Assembly (NCBI RefSeq): GCF_002258315.1
Contig: NZ_NOYD01000028.1
Coordinates: forward strand, 66,632-90,631
Source of the DNA: Rhodococcus sp. 06-462-5
GTDB taxonomy: Bacteria; Actinomycetota; Actinomycetes; Mycobacteriales; Mycobacteriaceae
Length of the DNA: 24,000 nt
Reading direction: 5' to 3'
This document shows positions 1 through 8,641 of this stretch, one piece after another. Position 1 is the stretch's first letter, and every line of letters starts with the position of its first letter. Both the position numbers and the translations under genes were made by a program. Under the pieces are notes generated by a model. The model worked only from the letters and a program-made list of their open reading frames with translations. It made no database searches and was not told the origin of the DNA.

Positions 1-137
1 TCGTAGTGGGGTACGAAGTTCCGTGCACGACGGGATTGTCCGCGTTCGTCCCGTTGTGCATCGGTGTTCTCGTGTTGTTCACCCAACAACTTCGCTTGGT
101 TAACGGATAGTGAGAGCGTCACCGTCACCATCGAGGC

Positions 138-1856
138 ATGACGCTCAATCCCGCAGGCGAGACCGTCGCGACCGGAATCCCGGGCACGCTCGCCGAGAAC
201 ATGACCATGGCCGAGCAGCACGATTGGCATCGGTCGTTCCTGCGGCGACACCCCGTCAGTCGACGAAATTTCCTGGTGGGAGCGGCCGCGACGGCCGCCG
301 CGGTTGGCGTCGGGAACTCGGTGTTCGCGCGGACCGCGTACGCGCAGGACGCCCCTCTGGCCGTGGCGGGACGGCACATGGGATTCGGAAACGACCCGGC
401 GACGCAGCTGCGGTTCTCCGCGCAGCTCTCGCGTAATCCCGGGCTCACCGGGGTCTTTCTCGATCACGGCCCCACGCCCGCACTCGGCGCTACGACGTCG
501 GCCGAGGTGCGCAACCTGATCAGTCAGGTGCCACAGACCGACGGTGGAATTCTGTCGGCGGAGCAGTACTACGTACACGTACCCGTCGACAATCTGACGC
601 CCAAGCTGCCGCACTACTACCGCTGGCGCACCGCCGACGGCTTCGTCAGCGATATCCGGAGCGCGTCTCCGGCCTTGCCGTCGGGCCGCATCGCACCGTT
701 TCGATTCACGATGATGGGCGATCAGGGCGTCGACGAAACCCCCTCGCAACCGCCAGGTTTGGTCGCCGGCGACTACGACGACCAGTACTACAAGGCGGAC
801 AACGAGCCGTCGGTCAAGCACGCGCGAAACATCAATCGGCAGATCGCGGCCTCGCACCCGGATTTTCACATCCTCGCCGGTGACATCGCGTACGCGGACC
901 CGTCCGGTGCCGGACTGCCGCCGCAGTTCGCGAAGCACGGTCAGACGCCGCCGAAGGGGTTCGACAAATTCAACCCGTTCGTCTGGGACGGCTACTTCCA
1001 GGCGATCGAAGCCAGTGCATCGACCGCGCCGTGGTTGTTCGCCACCGGCAACCACGACATGGAAGCGCTGTACAGCCCCAACGGCTACGGCGGACATGCC
1101 GCGCGGCTCGATCAGCCGACCAACGGACCCAAGGGATGCCCGTCGGCGTACTCGTTCGTCTACGGCAACACTGCCGTTCTGTCGCTCGACGCGAACGACG
1201 TCAGCTACGAGATCAAGGCCAACACCGGGTACAGCGGAGGAGCCCAGAGCAGCTGGGTGGAACAGACACTGGCGAAGTACCGCGCCGATCCGAACATCGA
1301 CTTCATCGTCTGCTTCTTCCACCATTGCGCGTATTCGACCACGTCGACGCACGCGAGCGACGGCGGCGTGCGTGACGCCTGGGTTGCGCTGTTCGACAGG
1401 TACGAGGTGGATGTAGTGCTCCAGGCGCACAATCACGTCTTCGAGCGCACCGATCCCATTCGTGGCAACCGGGCGACTCGGGTCGCCGGTGACAACGCCA
1501 CGGTCAAGGGAAAGAACGACGGCACCGTGTATTACACCGTCGGCGGTGGTGGTCGTCCTCGGTACACGTTCCAGGACGGCGAGGGTGTGAGCTACCGCGG
1601 CAACGAGTTACCCGACACCGCAGTTCCCAACAGTTACGTATGGGCACCCGACGGCACCAAATCGGCCGAGTCCATCACCTGGTCTCGGGTGCGATTCCTC
1701 AACTACTCGTTCGTCAGAGTCGATGTGGTGCCGGGTATTCCGGGCATCACCGCCAGCAGGATGACGATCGGTGCGATCGACGAATACGGCAACGAGTTCG
1801 ACCGTCTGACGTTCGAGCGAGACATCCCGGTGGGTCCGGTGTTCGGTTCGTCCTAG
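138..1856 (+). CDS. Tat-exported calcineurin-like metallophosphoesterase (purple acid phosphatase-like)
   Basis: 572-aa ORF. Twin-arginine signal SRRNFLVGAAATAAAVGVG...RTAYA. Metallophosphoesterase motif series GDQG / GDIAYAD / GNHD / FFHHCAY / AHNHVFER. Start uncertain: in-frame ATGs at 201 and 207 would give a more typical Tat n-region. Confidence 0.85.
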   Translation: MTLNPAGETVATGIPGTLAENMTMAEQHDWHRSFLRRHPVSRRNFLVGAAATAAAVGVGNSVFARTAYAQDAPLAVAGRHMGFGNDPATQLRFSAQLSRNPGLTGVFLDHGPTPALGATTSAEVRNLISQVPQTDGGILSAEQYYVHVPVDNLTPKLPHYYRWRTADGFVSDIRSASPALPSGRIAPFRFTMMGDQGVDETPSQPPGLVAGDYDDQYYKADNEPSVKHARNINRQIAASHPDFHILAGDIAYADPSGAGLPPQFAKHGQTPPKGFDKFNPFVWDGYFQAIEASASTAPWLFATGNHDMEALYSPNGYGGHAARLDQPTNGPKGCPSAYSFVYGNTAVLSLDANDVSYEIKANTGYSGGAQSSWVEQTLAKYRADPNIDFIVCFFHHCAYSTTSTHASDGGVRDAWVALFDRYEVDVVLQAHNHVFERTDPIRGNRATRVAGDNATVKGKNDGTVYYTVGGGGRPRYTFQDGEGVSYRGNELPDTAVPNSYVWAPDGTKSAESITWSRVRFLNYSFVRVDVVPGIPGITASRMTIGAIDEYGNEFDRLTFERDIPVGPVFGSS

Positions 1857-1865
1857 TGCCTGCGG

Positions 1866-1922
1866 CAGTGGTGTGGCTGAGTGCCGTGGAGGGCACCTAA
1901 CCGCACCACTGCGCGGAGCGCA
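1866..1922. repeat. 57-nt structured intergenic repeat, copy 1 (nested hairpins)
   Basis: Aligns without gaps to 17212-17268 (45/57 identical by hand count). Layout: CAGTGGTG-N7-GTGCC-N6-GGCAC-N7-CACCACTG-CGCGgAGCGCA. The identical blocks are the self-complementary ones. Fills the convergent gap between the phosphoesterase stop (1856) and the corA stop (1923). Confidence 0.7.
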
Positions 1923-2951
1923 CTACAACCACTTCTGACGCTTGAACACCACGAACAGTGCAGTGGAGCAGATCACCATGGCGATCAGAGCCATCGGATA
2001 GCCGAGCTGCCACGTCAATTCCGGCATGTCCTCGAAGTTCATGCCGTAGATGGCGGCGATCAGCGAGGGCGCGAAAAGGATTGCGCCCCAGGACGAGATG
2101 CGTTTGACCTGTTCGTTCTGCTCCAGGCTGGCCACGGTCATGTTGCGCATCTCCTCGTTCTGCTGCTGCGCAACGATGGTCGAGTGCACGGTCAACGCAT
2201 TCTGCAGGTTGGAGCGGAAGGACTCGATGCGGTCGGACACGCGGATCGCGTGATCGTGCACGTCGCGCAGGTATCGCTGCAGTTCCACGTCGACGTTGTA
2301 CTTGTCCGAACCTCGCTTGAGTGATTCGATCATCTCGACGAGCGGCTTTGCAGCACGGTCGAATTCGGACACCTCGCGGAGCAGTGAGTAGATGCGACGC
2401 GATACCGACGGGTCGCCGGTGAACAGCTGATCCTCGATCTCGTCGATGTCGTTCTGCAGTCCGGTCACCACCGGTACGTACTCGTCTACCACTTGATCGA
2501 GGATGCCGTAGAGGATCGCCTCGGGACCGAGTTCGAGCAGTTCAGGGGAGCCCTCCAGGCGCTTGCGCACCATTGCCAGATCGGGGGATTCGGCATGGCG
2601 AATGGTGACGACGAAATCGGGTCCGAGGAAAATGTGCAATTCGCCGAATTCGACCTTCTCGGTCTCGTCGACGTATCGAGCGGGCCGCAGTACGACGAAC
2701 AGTTGCTCGGCGTACCGTTCCAGCTTCGGCCGCTGGTGGGCGGCAATGGCGTCCTCGACAGCGAGGCGGTGCAGACCGAACTCGCCTGCCACCGACATGA
2801 TTTCGGCGACCTCTGGGCGGTACAGCCCGATCCACGCCATTCCGTGCCGCTCGCGCATCAACTCGAAAGTGATGTCGAGGCTCTCGGGATTGGCAGTACG
2901 TTTCCCGTCGACGTAGACGGCATTGTCGATGATCGGCACTTGTTCGTTCAC
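1923..2951 (-). CDS. corA: CorA-family Mg2+/Co2+ transporter
   Basis: 342-aa ORF. Large soluble N-terminal domain and two C-terminal TM helices flanking the YGMNFEDMPE (GMN) signature. Confidence 0.95.
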   Translation of the reverse strand: MNEQVPIIDNAVYVDGKRTANPESLDITFELMRERHGMAWIGLYRPEVAEIMSVAGEFGLHRLAVEDAIAAHQRPKLERYAEQLFVVLRPARYVDETEKVEFGELHIFLGPDFVVTIRHAESPDLAMVRKRLEGSPELLELGPEAILYGILDQVVDEYVPVVTGLQNDIDEIEDQLFTGDPSVSRRIYSLLREVSEFDRAAKPLVEMIESLKRGSDKYNVDVELQRYLRDVHDHAIRVSDRIESFRSNLQNALTVHSTIVAQQQNEEMRNMTVASLEQNEQVKRISSWGAILFAPSLIAAIYGMNFEDMPELTWQLGYPMALIAMVICSTALFVVFKRQKWL

Positions 2952-3048
2952 CTCGGCTCTGCGAAATTCTGCTGCGCACCGAGACTATCGCCTGTGGCAA
3001 CAACGCCGACAGTCCAGCCGCCGTCGACGACTGGACCGTGCGTCCGAG

Positions 3049-3339
3049 CTAGTGAACAGTTCCGGTGATCACGAGAATTGCGGCGTTCTTGTCGACCTCG
3101 ACCCCCTTCTGGTAGTTGGTTCCGATTGCTGTTCCGTCGGTGTCGGACCCCTTGATGTTGACGGTTGTGAATCCGAGATCCTCCAGGGTCTGTTCGGCTG
3201 CGGTTGCTGTCATGTCGTAGACGTCCGGGATCTTGATCAGGTTGTCGGAGGTCGACGCGTTGGCGACGGCTCCACCGCCCAGCGTGAGTGCTGCAGCAGC
3301 TGCGACGGCTGCGATCGACTTCTTGAATCCACTGCGCAT
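3049..3339 (-). CDS. small secreted single-PASTA-domain protein
   Basis: Internal ATG at 3339 of the 3049..3609 ORF, preceded by GAGGAG. Sec signal MRSGFKKSIAAVAAAAALTLGGGAVANA. Mature about 68 aa with a PASTA-like pattern: IKIPDVYDMTATAAEQTLEDLGFTTVNIKG...GTNYQKGVEVDKNAAILVITG. Confidence 0.7.
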   Translation of the reverse strand: MRSGFKKSIAAVAAAAALTLGGGAVANASTSDNLIKIPDVYDMTATAAEQTLEDLGFTTVNIKGSDTDGTAIGTNYQKGVEVDKNAAILVITGTVH

Positions 3340-3451
3340 GATGTGCTCCTCGTTGTCGTGATCGGTGATGTCTCGAAGTTGCTCGCCGATGCTGTGGTGG
3401 ACCTCGGATGTTGCTGTCAACTCCCTGTCAGCGCCGTGACATGCTGGTCCG

Positions 3452-4066
3452 ATGCTTCTCGACGTGCTCGGATTGATCGGTATCGCGGCCTTCGCGGCCT
3501 CCGGTGCGTTGATCGGAGTGCATCGCCGGTTGGACCTGTTCGGGGTCTGCGTCGTCGGAATCACGACGGGCATCGGCGGCGGAATCATCCGCGATCTGCT
3601 GCTCGGCATTCACCCGCCGACGTCCCTGGACACGTGGCCGAACCTCACCGTCGGCTTCGCCGCCTCGCTGGTCGTGTTCGTTGCGCACCGACAGATGGGC
3701 AAGGTTCGGCGCGGAGTTCTGGTGCTCGACGCGTTCGGGATGGGACTGTTCGCATCGACCGGTGCGACGATCGCGTTGGCTGCAGGCGGAAGCGCGTTGG
3801 CGGGAGCTCTCATCGGCACCACGACGGCGGTGGCAGGCGGCGTGATCCGAGACGTGCTGGTCAACGAAGTTCCCCTACTGCTGCATCGGGACCTGTACGC
3901 CCTGCCTGCCTTGCTCGGGGCGACGGCCGTCGTGTTGGCCGATGCTGCGACCTTGCCGGAAAATGTCGGTCTGATCGTGGGAACACTGCTTGCGACGGGG
4001 TTGCGTCTGCTCGCGCTGTGGCGAAAGTGGAACCTCCCGCTGGCAAAGAACCTGCCTACGCTCTAG
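3452..4066 (+). CDS. TRIC / UPF0126 (YadS-type) family membrane channel protein
   Basis: 204-aa polytopic membrane ORF with the duplicated glycine-rich UPF0126 motif ([17 protein letters not shown] and [17 protein letters not shown]). Confidence 0.85.
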   Translation: MLLDVLGLIGIAAFAASGALIGVHRRLDLFGVCVVGITTGIGGGIIRDLLLGIHPPTSLDTWPNLTVGFAASLVVFVAHRQMGKVRRGVLVLDAFGMGLFASTGATIALAAGGSALAGALIGTTTAVAGGVIRDVLVNEVPLLLHRDLYALPALLGATAVVLADAATLPENVGLIVGTLLATGLRLLALWRKWNLPLAKNLPTL

Positions 4067-4082
4067 TCGCTATCCGCACCCC

Positions 4083-4101
4083 TCTCAGACATATCTCAGT
4101 C
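4083..4101 (+). promoter_or_regulatory. MprA-box-like operator (8-bp direct repeats, 3-bp spacer) upstream of mprA
   Basis: TCTCAGAC-ATA-TCTCAGTC lies 21 nt upstream of the mprA ATG. The same 8-3-8 TCTCAG architecture recurs at 6268-6286 upstream of pepD. It matches the described MprA recognition architecture: a 19-bp site of two 8-bp direct repeats separated by 3 nt. Confidence 0.65.
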
Positions 4102-4121
4102 GACCAGGACAAACTGTACGA

Positions 4122-4808
4122 ATGCGGATATTGGTGGTCGACGACGATCGAGCAGTGCGTGAGTCGCTGCGCAGGTCGCTGACGTTCAACGGGTACACCG
4201 TGGACCTTGCGGTCGACGGTCTCGACGCGCTCGAGCAGGTTGCGGCCGCGCGTCCCGACGCCTTGGTACTCGACGTGATGATGCCTCGCCTCGACGGCCT
4301 CGAGGTGTGTCGTCGATTGCGCAGCGTCGGTGACGACCTGCCGATTCTGGTGTTGACGGCACGGGACTCGGTGTCCGAGCGCGTTGCCGGCCTCGACGCC
4401 GGTGCCGACGACTACCTCCCCAAGCCGTTTGCGCTCGAGGAGCTGCTGGCTCGCCTGCGTGCGCTGCTTCGGCGTACCGCGATGGAAGCGGGCATCGATT
4501 CGGAGACCATGACGTTCGCGGACCTGTCGTTGGACCCGGTCACTCGTGAGGTCTCGCGCGCCGAACGCTCGATCAGCCTCACCCGGACCGAGTTCTCGTT
4601 GCTCGAGATGCTGATGACCAATCCGCGCCGAGTGCTCACCAGAAGTCGCATCCTCGAGGAAGTCTGGGGTTACGACTTCCCGACGTCGGGCAACGCGCTC
4701 GAGGTGTACGTCGGTTACTTGCGGCGCAAGACCGAGGCGGAGGGGGAGTCGCGGCTGATCCACACCGTTCGCGGTGTCGGGTACGTCCTGCGCGAGACGC
4801 CCCCGTGA
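4122..4808 (+). CDS. mprA: OmpR/PhoB-type response regulator MprA
   Basis: [16 protein letters not shown]... receiver domain (DD, D in LDVMMP, T, K) plus winged-helix C-terminus ([17 protein letters not shown]...[11 protein letters not shown]). Synteny mprA-mprB-pepD-moaB. Stop overlaps the mprB start. Confidence 0.95.
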   Translation: MRILVVDDDRAVRESLRRSLTFNGYTVDLAVDGLDALEQVAAARPDALVLDVMMPRLDGLEVCRRLRSVGDDLPILVLTARDSVSERVAGLDAGADDYLPKPFALEELLARLRALLRRTAMEAGIDSETMTFADLSLDPVTREVSRAERSISLTRTEFSLLEMLMTNPRRVLTRSRILEEVWGYDFPTSGNALEVYVGYLRRKTEAEGESRLIHTVRGVGYVLRETPP

Positions 4809-6259
4809 TGGTCGCGTCGTTCGGGCGCAAGTCGGCGGAAAATGTCGGCTCCTCGCCGACGGCGATGCGACCACCGATGCCGCTGACTCGGTCGGTGTCG
4901 CTGCGGTGGCGGGTGACGTTGCTCGCGGCCTCCGTCGTCGCAATTGCGGTGGCGGTCATGGCCATTGCCGCGTACACGGTGGTCTCGCGAGCATTGTACG
5001 GCGACGTGGACACTCAATTGCGTTCTCGCGCATCGGCTTTGGCGGAGTCTACGCTGGTGTCCTATGACCCGCGGTTCGTCGCCGGAGCCACGCTGTACAG
5101 CACCGATGTCAGTGTTGCGCTGATCTATCCGGACATGTCCAGCTACAACCCTCCTGGGCCCAAGGTGCCGATCGGCGATGCAGAGCTCGCTGTCGTGAGC
5201 GGAGAACAGGAATCGTCGTTGCGCACGCTCGACGATCAGCGGGTGCTCGCACTACGCACCAAGGACGGCAGCACTCTCGTCGTCGCACAGAGACTGCTGC
5301 CCACCGGGGAAGTTCTCGACCGTCTGGCGTGGGTGCTGTTGATCGTCGGTGCCTGCGGAGTGTTGTTGGCGGCCGGAGCGGGTATGGCCGTGGGACGCAC
5401 CGGTTTACGCCCGATCGCCCGATTGACGGCGGCAGCGGAACGGGTGGCACGCACCGACGACCTCACGCCGATACCGGTGACCGGCGACGACGAGTTGGCG
5501 CGTCTGACCGAGAGTTTCAATACGATGCTCCGCGCACTGGCCGAATCGCGTGGTAGGCAGAGCAGATTGGTCGCCGATGCGGGCCATGAACTTCGCACCC
5601 CGTTGACCTCGCTGCGGACCAACATGGAGTTGCTCATCGCGGCGGGACGCCCCGGAGCGCCGTCCATCCCGGACGAGGACATGGCCGAGCTGCGGACCGA
5701 CGTGGTGGCGCAGATTCAGGAATTGTCCACTCTGGTGGGTGATTTGGTCGATCTGGCGCGAGAGGATGCGCCGGAGACGGTGTTCGAGCGAGTCGATCTG
5801 GCCGATGCCGTCGAACGCAGTCTCGAGCGAGCACGCCGCCGTCGCAACGAGATCGACTTCGATGCGACGCTGATGCCGTGGTTCGTCTACGGGGATCAAG
5901 CAGGACTGTCGCGGGCCGTGCTGAATGTGCTCGACAACGCGGCCAAATGGAGTCCGAGCGGTGGTGAGGTGCGAATCGCCATGCGGCAGATCGGCGATGG
6001 CCTGCTGGAGTTGACGGTGGACGATGCGGGCCCCGGTATCCCCGAGGAAGATCGCGAGCTGGTGTTCGAGCGCTTCTATCGCTCGACGGCGTCGCGTTCG
6101 ATGCCCGGATCCGGTCTGGGACTTGCCATCGTGCGGCAGGTGGTCGTCAAGCACGGCGGGACCATCGGGGTGGAGGTGTCCGAGCGGGGCGGCGCGCTGA
6201 TTCGAATCGTGTTGCCCGGCGAGGGTGCTCCTGATCCCACGACACTCTCGGCAAACTGA
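4805..6259 (+). CDS. mprB: sensor histidine kinase MprB
   Basis: Two TM segments, HAMP, H-box [13 protein letters not shown] boxes ([26 protein letters not shown]). GTG 4805 / ATG 4808 overlap the mprA TGA, suggesting translational coupling. Confidence 0.93.
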   Translation: MMVASFGRKSAENVGSSPTAMRPPMPLTRSVSLRWRVTLLAASVVAIAVAVMAIAAYTVVSRALYGDVDTQLRSRASALAESTLVSYDPRFVAGATLYSTDVSVALIYPDMSSYNPPGPKVPIGDAELAVVSGEQESSLRTLDDQRVLALRTKDGSTLVVAQRLLPTGEVLDRLAWVLLIVGACGVLLAAGAGMAVGRTGLRPIARLTAAAERVARTDDLTPIPVTGDDELARLTESFNTMLRALAESRGRQSRLVADAGHELRTPLTSLRTNMELLIAAGRPGAPSIPDEDMAELRTDVVAQIQELSTLVGDLVDLAREDAPETVFERVDLADAVERSLERARRRRNEIDFDATLMPWFVYGDQAGLSRAVLNVLDNAAKWSPSGGEVRIAMRQIGDGLLELTVDDAGPGIPEEDRELVFERFYRSTASRSMPGSGLGLAIVRQVVVKHGGTIGVEVSERGGALIRIVLPGEGAPDPTTLSAN

Positions 6260-6267
6260 TAGCCGGA

Positions 6268-6286
6268 TCTCAGCGCGCTCTCAGTA
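6268..6286 (+). promoter_or_regulatory. MprA-box-like operator upstream of pepD
   Basis: TCTCAGCG-CGC-TCTCAGTA, 9 nt after the mprB stop and 69 nt upstream of the pepD ATG. Same 8-3-8 direct-repeat design as 4083-4101. Confidence 0.65.
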
Positions 6287-6354
6287 CCGCCCTGCACAGT
6301 GAGTAGCAAGAAGGCGGGCGGACCTTTGGGTCCCTACTGAAGGAAGCAGCAACG

Positions 6355-7842
6355 ATGAGCGACGACCGTAACGAATCCGAACAGAGCGGACAGGGTGCCG
6401 GTGGCGAGCAGCATCCGGCGGACCGGGCTTCGCGCGGCGACGAGCAGAACTACTCGGCCCAGCAGCATCCGACTCAGCAGCATCCGACTCAGCAGTTCCC
6501 GCCGCAACAGGGTTACCCGCAGCAGTACGCCGGCTACGGGCAGGGGGCCTACCAGCCCGGCTACGGCCCGTATGGTCAGCAGGGCGATCCGCAGCACACC
6601 CAGGCTCACCCCGCACAACCCCAGCACGTTGCACCGCAGTCGAATTCGGCACCGAGCGCAGTGAAGTCCCGCCCGGGTCGGTCGGTACTGGTGGCCGGAG
6701 CCATCGCGCTCGTTCTGGTCGGTGGCGGAATCGGCGGCGCGGTCGGTGCGATCGCCACCAACAACGCCAACGGCAACGGCGGGGGAGTGACCAACTCGTT
6801 GAATTCCACGGTCACTGCTGCTCAGCCGGCCGCCAACTTCCCCGACGGCTCGGTTCAGGCGGTAGCGAACAAGGTCCTGCCGAGCGTCGTGCAGATTCAG
6901 GTCAAGGGTTCTCAGGAAGAGGGTGAGGGCTCGGGCGTCATCCTCAGCAGCGACGGCTTGATCCTCACCAACAATCACGTCGCGACGGGTGCGGGTGCCA
7001 ACGGCAAACTCACCGTCGCATTCTCCGACGGATCGGTCGCCGACGCGACGATCGTCGGTGCCGACTCGGTCTCGGACATGGCCGTCATCAAGGCCGAGGG
7101 CAAGTCCAACCTGACGCCGATCGAACTCGGTTCGTCGTCGAACCTCGAAGTAGGCCAGCAGGTCGTCGCCATCGGCTCCCCGCTCGGCCTGGCAGGCACG
7201 GTCACAACGGGCATCGTCTCCTCGCTGAACCGGCCCGTGTCGACGTCCGGCGAGTCCGGCAATCAGAACTCGGTGATCGACGCCATCCAGACCGACGCTG
7301 CCATCAACCCGGGTAACTCCGGAGGCGCACTCGTCAACACCGACGGACAGCTGATCGGCATCAACACTGCGATCGCCACGCTCGGCGGCAGTCAGGGGTC
7401 CGCGCAGAGCGGCTCCATCGGACTCGGGTTCGCCATCCCGGTGGATCAGGCCAAGCGCATCGCCGACGAACTGACCACGACGGGCAAGGCAACCCAGGCC
7501 ATGATCGGTGTCCAGGTGCCGTCACAGGACGACGCCAACGGCGCAACCGTCGTCGAGGTCACCGAGGGAGGACCGGCAGCGGCTGCAGGCATACCGAAGG
7601 GTGCGGTGATCACCAAGGTCGACGATCGCATCGTCGCCAGCGGTGACGCGTTGATCGCAGCCGTGCGGTCACACGCTCCAGGGGATTCGGTCACCATCAC
7701 CTACACCGAGGGCGGCAGTGAGAAGACCGCTCAGGTGACTCTGGGCACGGCAGAGCCCGCCGCGGCGCAGCCACAGACTCAGACGCAGCAGCAGGAGCAG
7801 CAACTGCCCTTCCAGGTCCCGTCGTTCCCGGGCGGTCGCTGA
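6355..7842 (+). CDS. pepD: HtrA/S1C-family serine protease PepD (Q/P-rich N-terminus, TM anchor, trypsin-like domain, PDZ)
   Basis: Catalytic residues in TNNHV, DMAVIK and GNSGGAL. C-terminal PDZ-like segment (GATVVEVTEGGPAAAAGIPKGAVITKVDD). Single TM VLVAGAIALVLVGGGIGGAVGAI. Position directly after mprAB. Confidence 0.9.
   Translation: MSDDRNESEQSGQGAGGEQHPADRASRGDEQNYSAQQHPTQQHPTQQFPPQQGYPQQYAGYGQGAYQPGYGPYGQQGDPQHTQAHPAQPQHVAPQSNSAPSAVKSRPGRSVLVAGAIALVLVGGGIGGAVGAIATNNANGNGGGVTNSLNSTVTAAQPAANFPDGSVQAVANKVLPSVVQIQVKGSQEEGEGSGVILSSDGLILTNNHVATGAGANGKLTVAFSDGSVADATIVGADSVSDMAVIKAEGKSNLTPIELGSSSNLEVGQQVVAIGSPLGLAGTVTTGIVSSLNRPVSTSGESGNQNSVIDAIQTDAAINPGNSGGALVNTDGQLIGINTAIATLGGSQGSAQSGSIGLGFAIPVDQAKRIADELTTTGKATQAMIGVQVPSQDDANGATVVEVTEGGPAAAAGIPKGAVITKVDDRIVASGDALIAAVRSHAPGDSVTITYTEGGSEKTAQVTLGTAEPAAAQPQTQTQQQEQQLPFQVPSFPGGR
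6460..6495 (+). repeat. in-frame 15-nt tandem repeat (2.4 copies) inside the pepD N-terminal low-complexity region
   Basis: CAGCAGCATCCGACT x2 followed by CAGCAG, encoding QQHPTQQHPTQQ. Confidence 0.8.
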
Positions 7843-7931
7843 TGCTACGAGAGGCAGGCAGGCGCGGCACGGTTGCAACGATTTACGCACAGCGTGAGCC
7901 GGGTGGAGGCCTTACTACTACGGTGAGCGGT

Positions 7932-8429
7932 ATGGAACTCGACGCACCACTGGCAGGGCGCGCGTTGGTCGTCATCGTTGACGACCGAACAGCGCACAGC
8001 ACCGAGAAGGACTCGAAGGGCCCGCTCGTCACGGAGCTGCTGACAGAGGCAGGTTTCCTCGTCGATGGCGTCGTCGCAGTGACTGCGGACGAAGTGGACG
8101 TGCGGAATGCACTCAACACCGCGGTGATCGGCGGTGTCGATCTGGTGGTCTCCATCGGGGGCACCGGTGTCTCGCCTCGCGATGTCACTCCGGACGTCAC
8201 CGCGGAGGTGCTCGACCGCGAGATTCCGGGTATCAGCGAGGCACTGCGATCGTCGGGGCTGGCAGCAGGTTCGCTGGACGCAGGTCTGTCCCGTGGGCTG
8301 GTCGGTGTGTCCGGAAGCACCCTGGTGGTCAATCTGGCCTCGTCGCGGGCTGCGATTCGCGACGGGATGGCGACGCTGACGCCACTGGCGAGTCAGGTTA
8401 TCGCCGAGCTGTCGGGATTGGACGCATAG
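7932..8429 (+). CDS. moaB: MoaB/MogA-family molybdenum cofactor biosynthesis protein
   Basis: ALVVIVDDRTAHS...SKGPLVTELL...VDLVVSIGGTGVSPRDVTPD...GSTLVVNLASS is a typical MoaB/MogA fold signature. ATG 7932 preferred over the ORF-track ATG 7842: codons 7842-7931 have visibly poor GC3, although 7842 overlaps the pepD stop (TGATG). Confidence 0.88.
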   Translation: MELDAPLAGRALVVIVDDRTAHSTEKDSKGPLVTELLTEAGFLVDGVVAVTADEVDVRNALNTAVIGGVDLVVSIGGTGVSPRDVTPDVTAEVLDREIPGISEALRSSGLAAGSLDAGLSRGLVGVSGSTLVVNLASSRAAIRDGMATLTPLASQVIAELSGLDA

Positions 8430-8437
8430 CGATACCG

Positions 8438-8641
8438 ATGAGCGAAACGCCGAACGACGATCGATCGGCCGAAGACGACGCGAGCCGGGCCCGAGCAGAA
8501 CGGGCCCGGCTCGCTCGCATCTTCGGTGAGGTCCTACCGGAGACGACCGGAGACGAGCGGGGAGACGGCGCAGGCATTGAATCCGGCGGCTCGGCGTCGG
8601 ACGAATGGTTGAAGCAACAGCGACCACCCCATTACTTCTGA
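8438..8641 (+). CDS. small acidic hypothetical protein (67 aa)
   Basis: ORF 8 nt after moaB with fairly high GC3. No clear RBS and no recognisable domain. C-terminus DEWLKQQRPPHYF. Confidence 0.4.
   Translation: MSETPNDDRSAEDDASRARAERARLARIFGEVLPETTGDERGDGAGIESGGSASDEWLKQQRPPHYF

Noticed and set aside
1-61. Possible 5' end of a minus-strand gene (ATG at 61-59, MHNGTNADNPVVHG...) running off the left edge.
   Set aside because: Only about 20 codons are visible, the RBS is weak, and nothing is recognisable. Too little sequence to support a call.
2923-4182. 419-aa plus-strand ORF spanning the corA 5' end, the PASTA gene and the TRIC gene.
   Set aside because: Arg/Cys/Gly-rich nonsense composition typical of off-frame or antisense ORFs in high-GC DNA. 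It overlaps three ORFs with clear family signatures.
4056-4943. 295-aa minus-strand ORF antisense to mprA, and similar ORFs at 5405-6154 (antisense to mprB) and 6334-6978 (antisense to the pepD 5' region).
   Set aside because: Shadow ORFs opposite well-supported genes. Arg/Pro-rich, no motifs.
7842-7931. Longer moaB start at ATG 7842 overlapping the pepD stop (TGATG).
   Set aside because: The 30 extra codons have visibly low GC3 compared with the gene body, and the conserved MoaB core starts right after ATG 7932. Kept only as an alternative.
7943-7952. CGCACCACTG inside moaB, and CGCCAGTGGTG at 11916-11926 inside a porin gene, matching arms of the 57-nt repeat.
   Set aside because: Isolated half-arms inside coding sequence, with no partner arm or inner hairpin nearby. 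Most likely chance matches.
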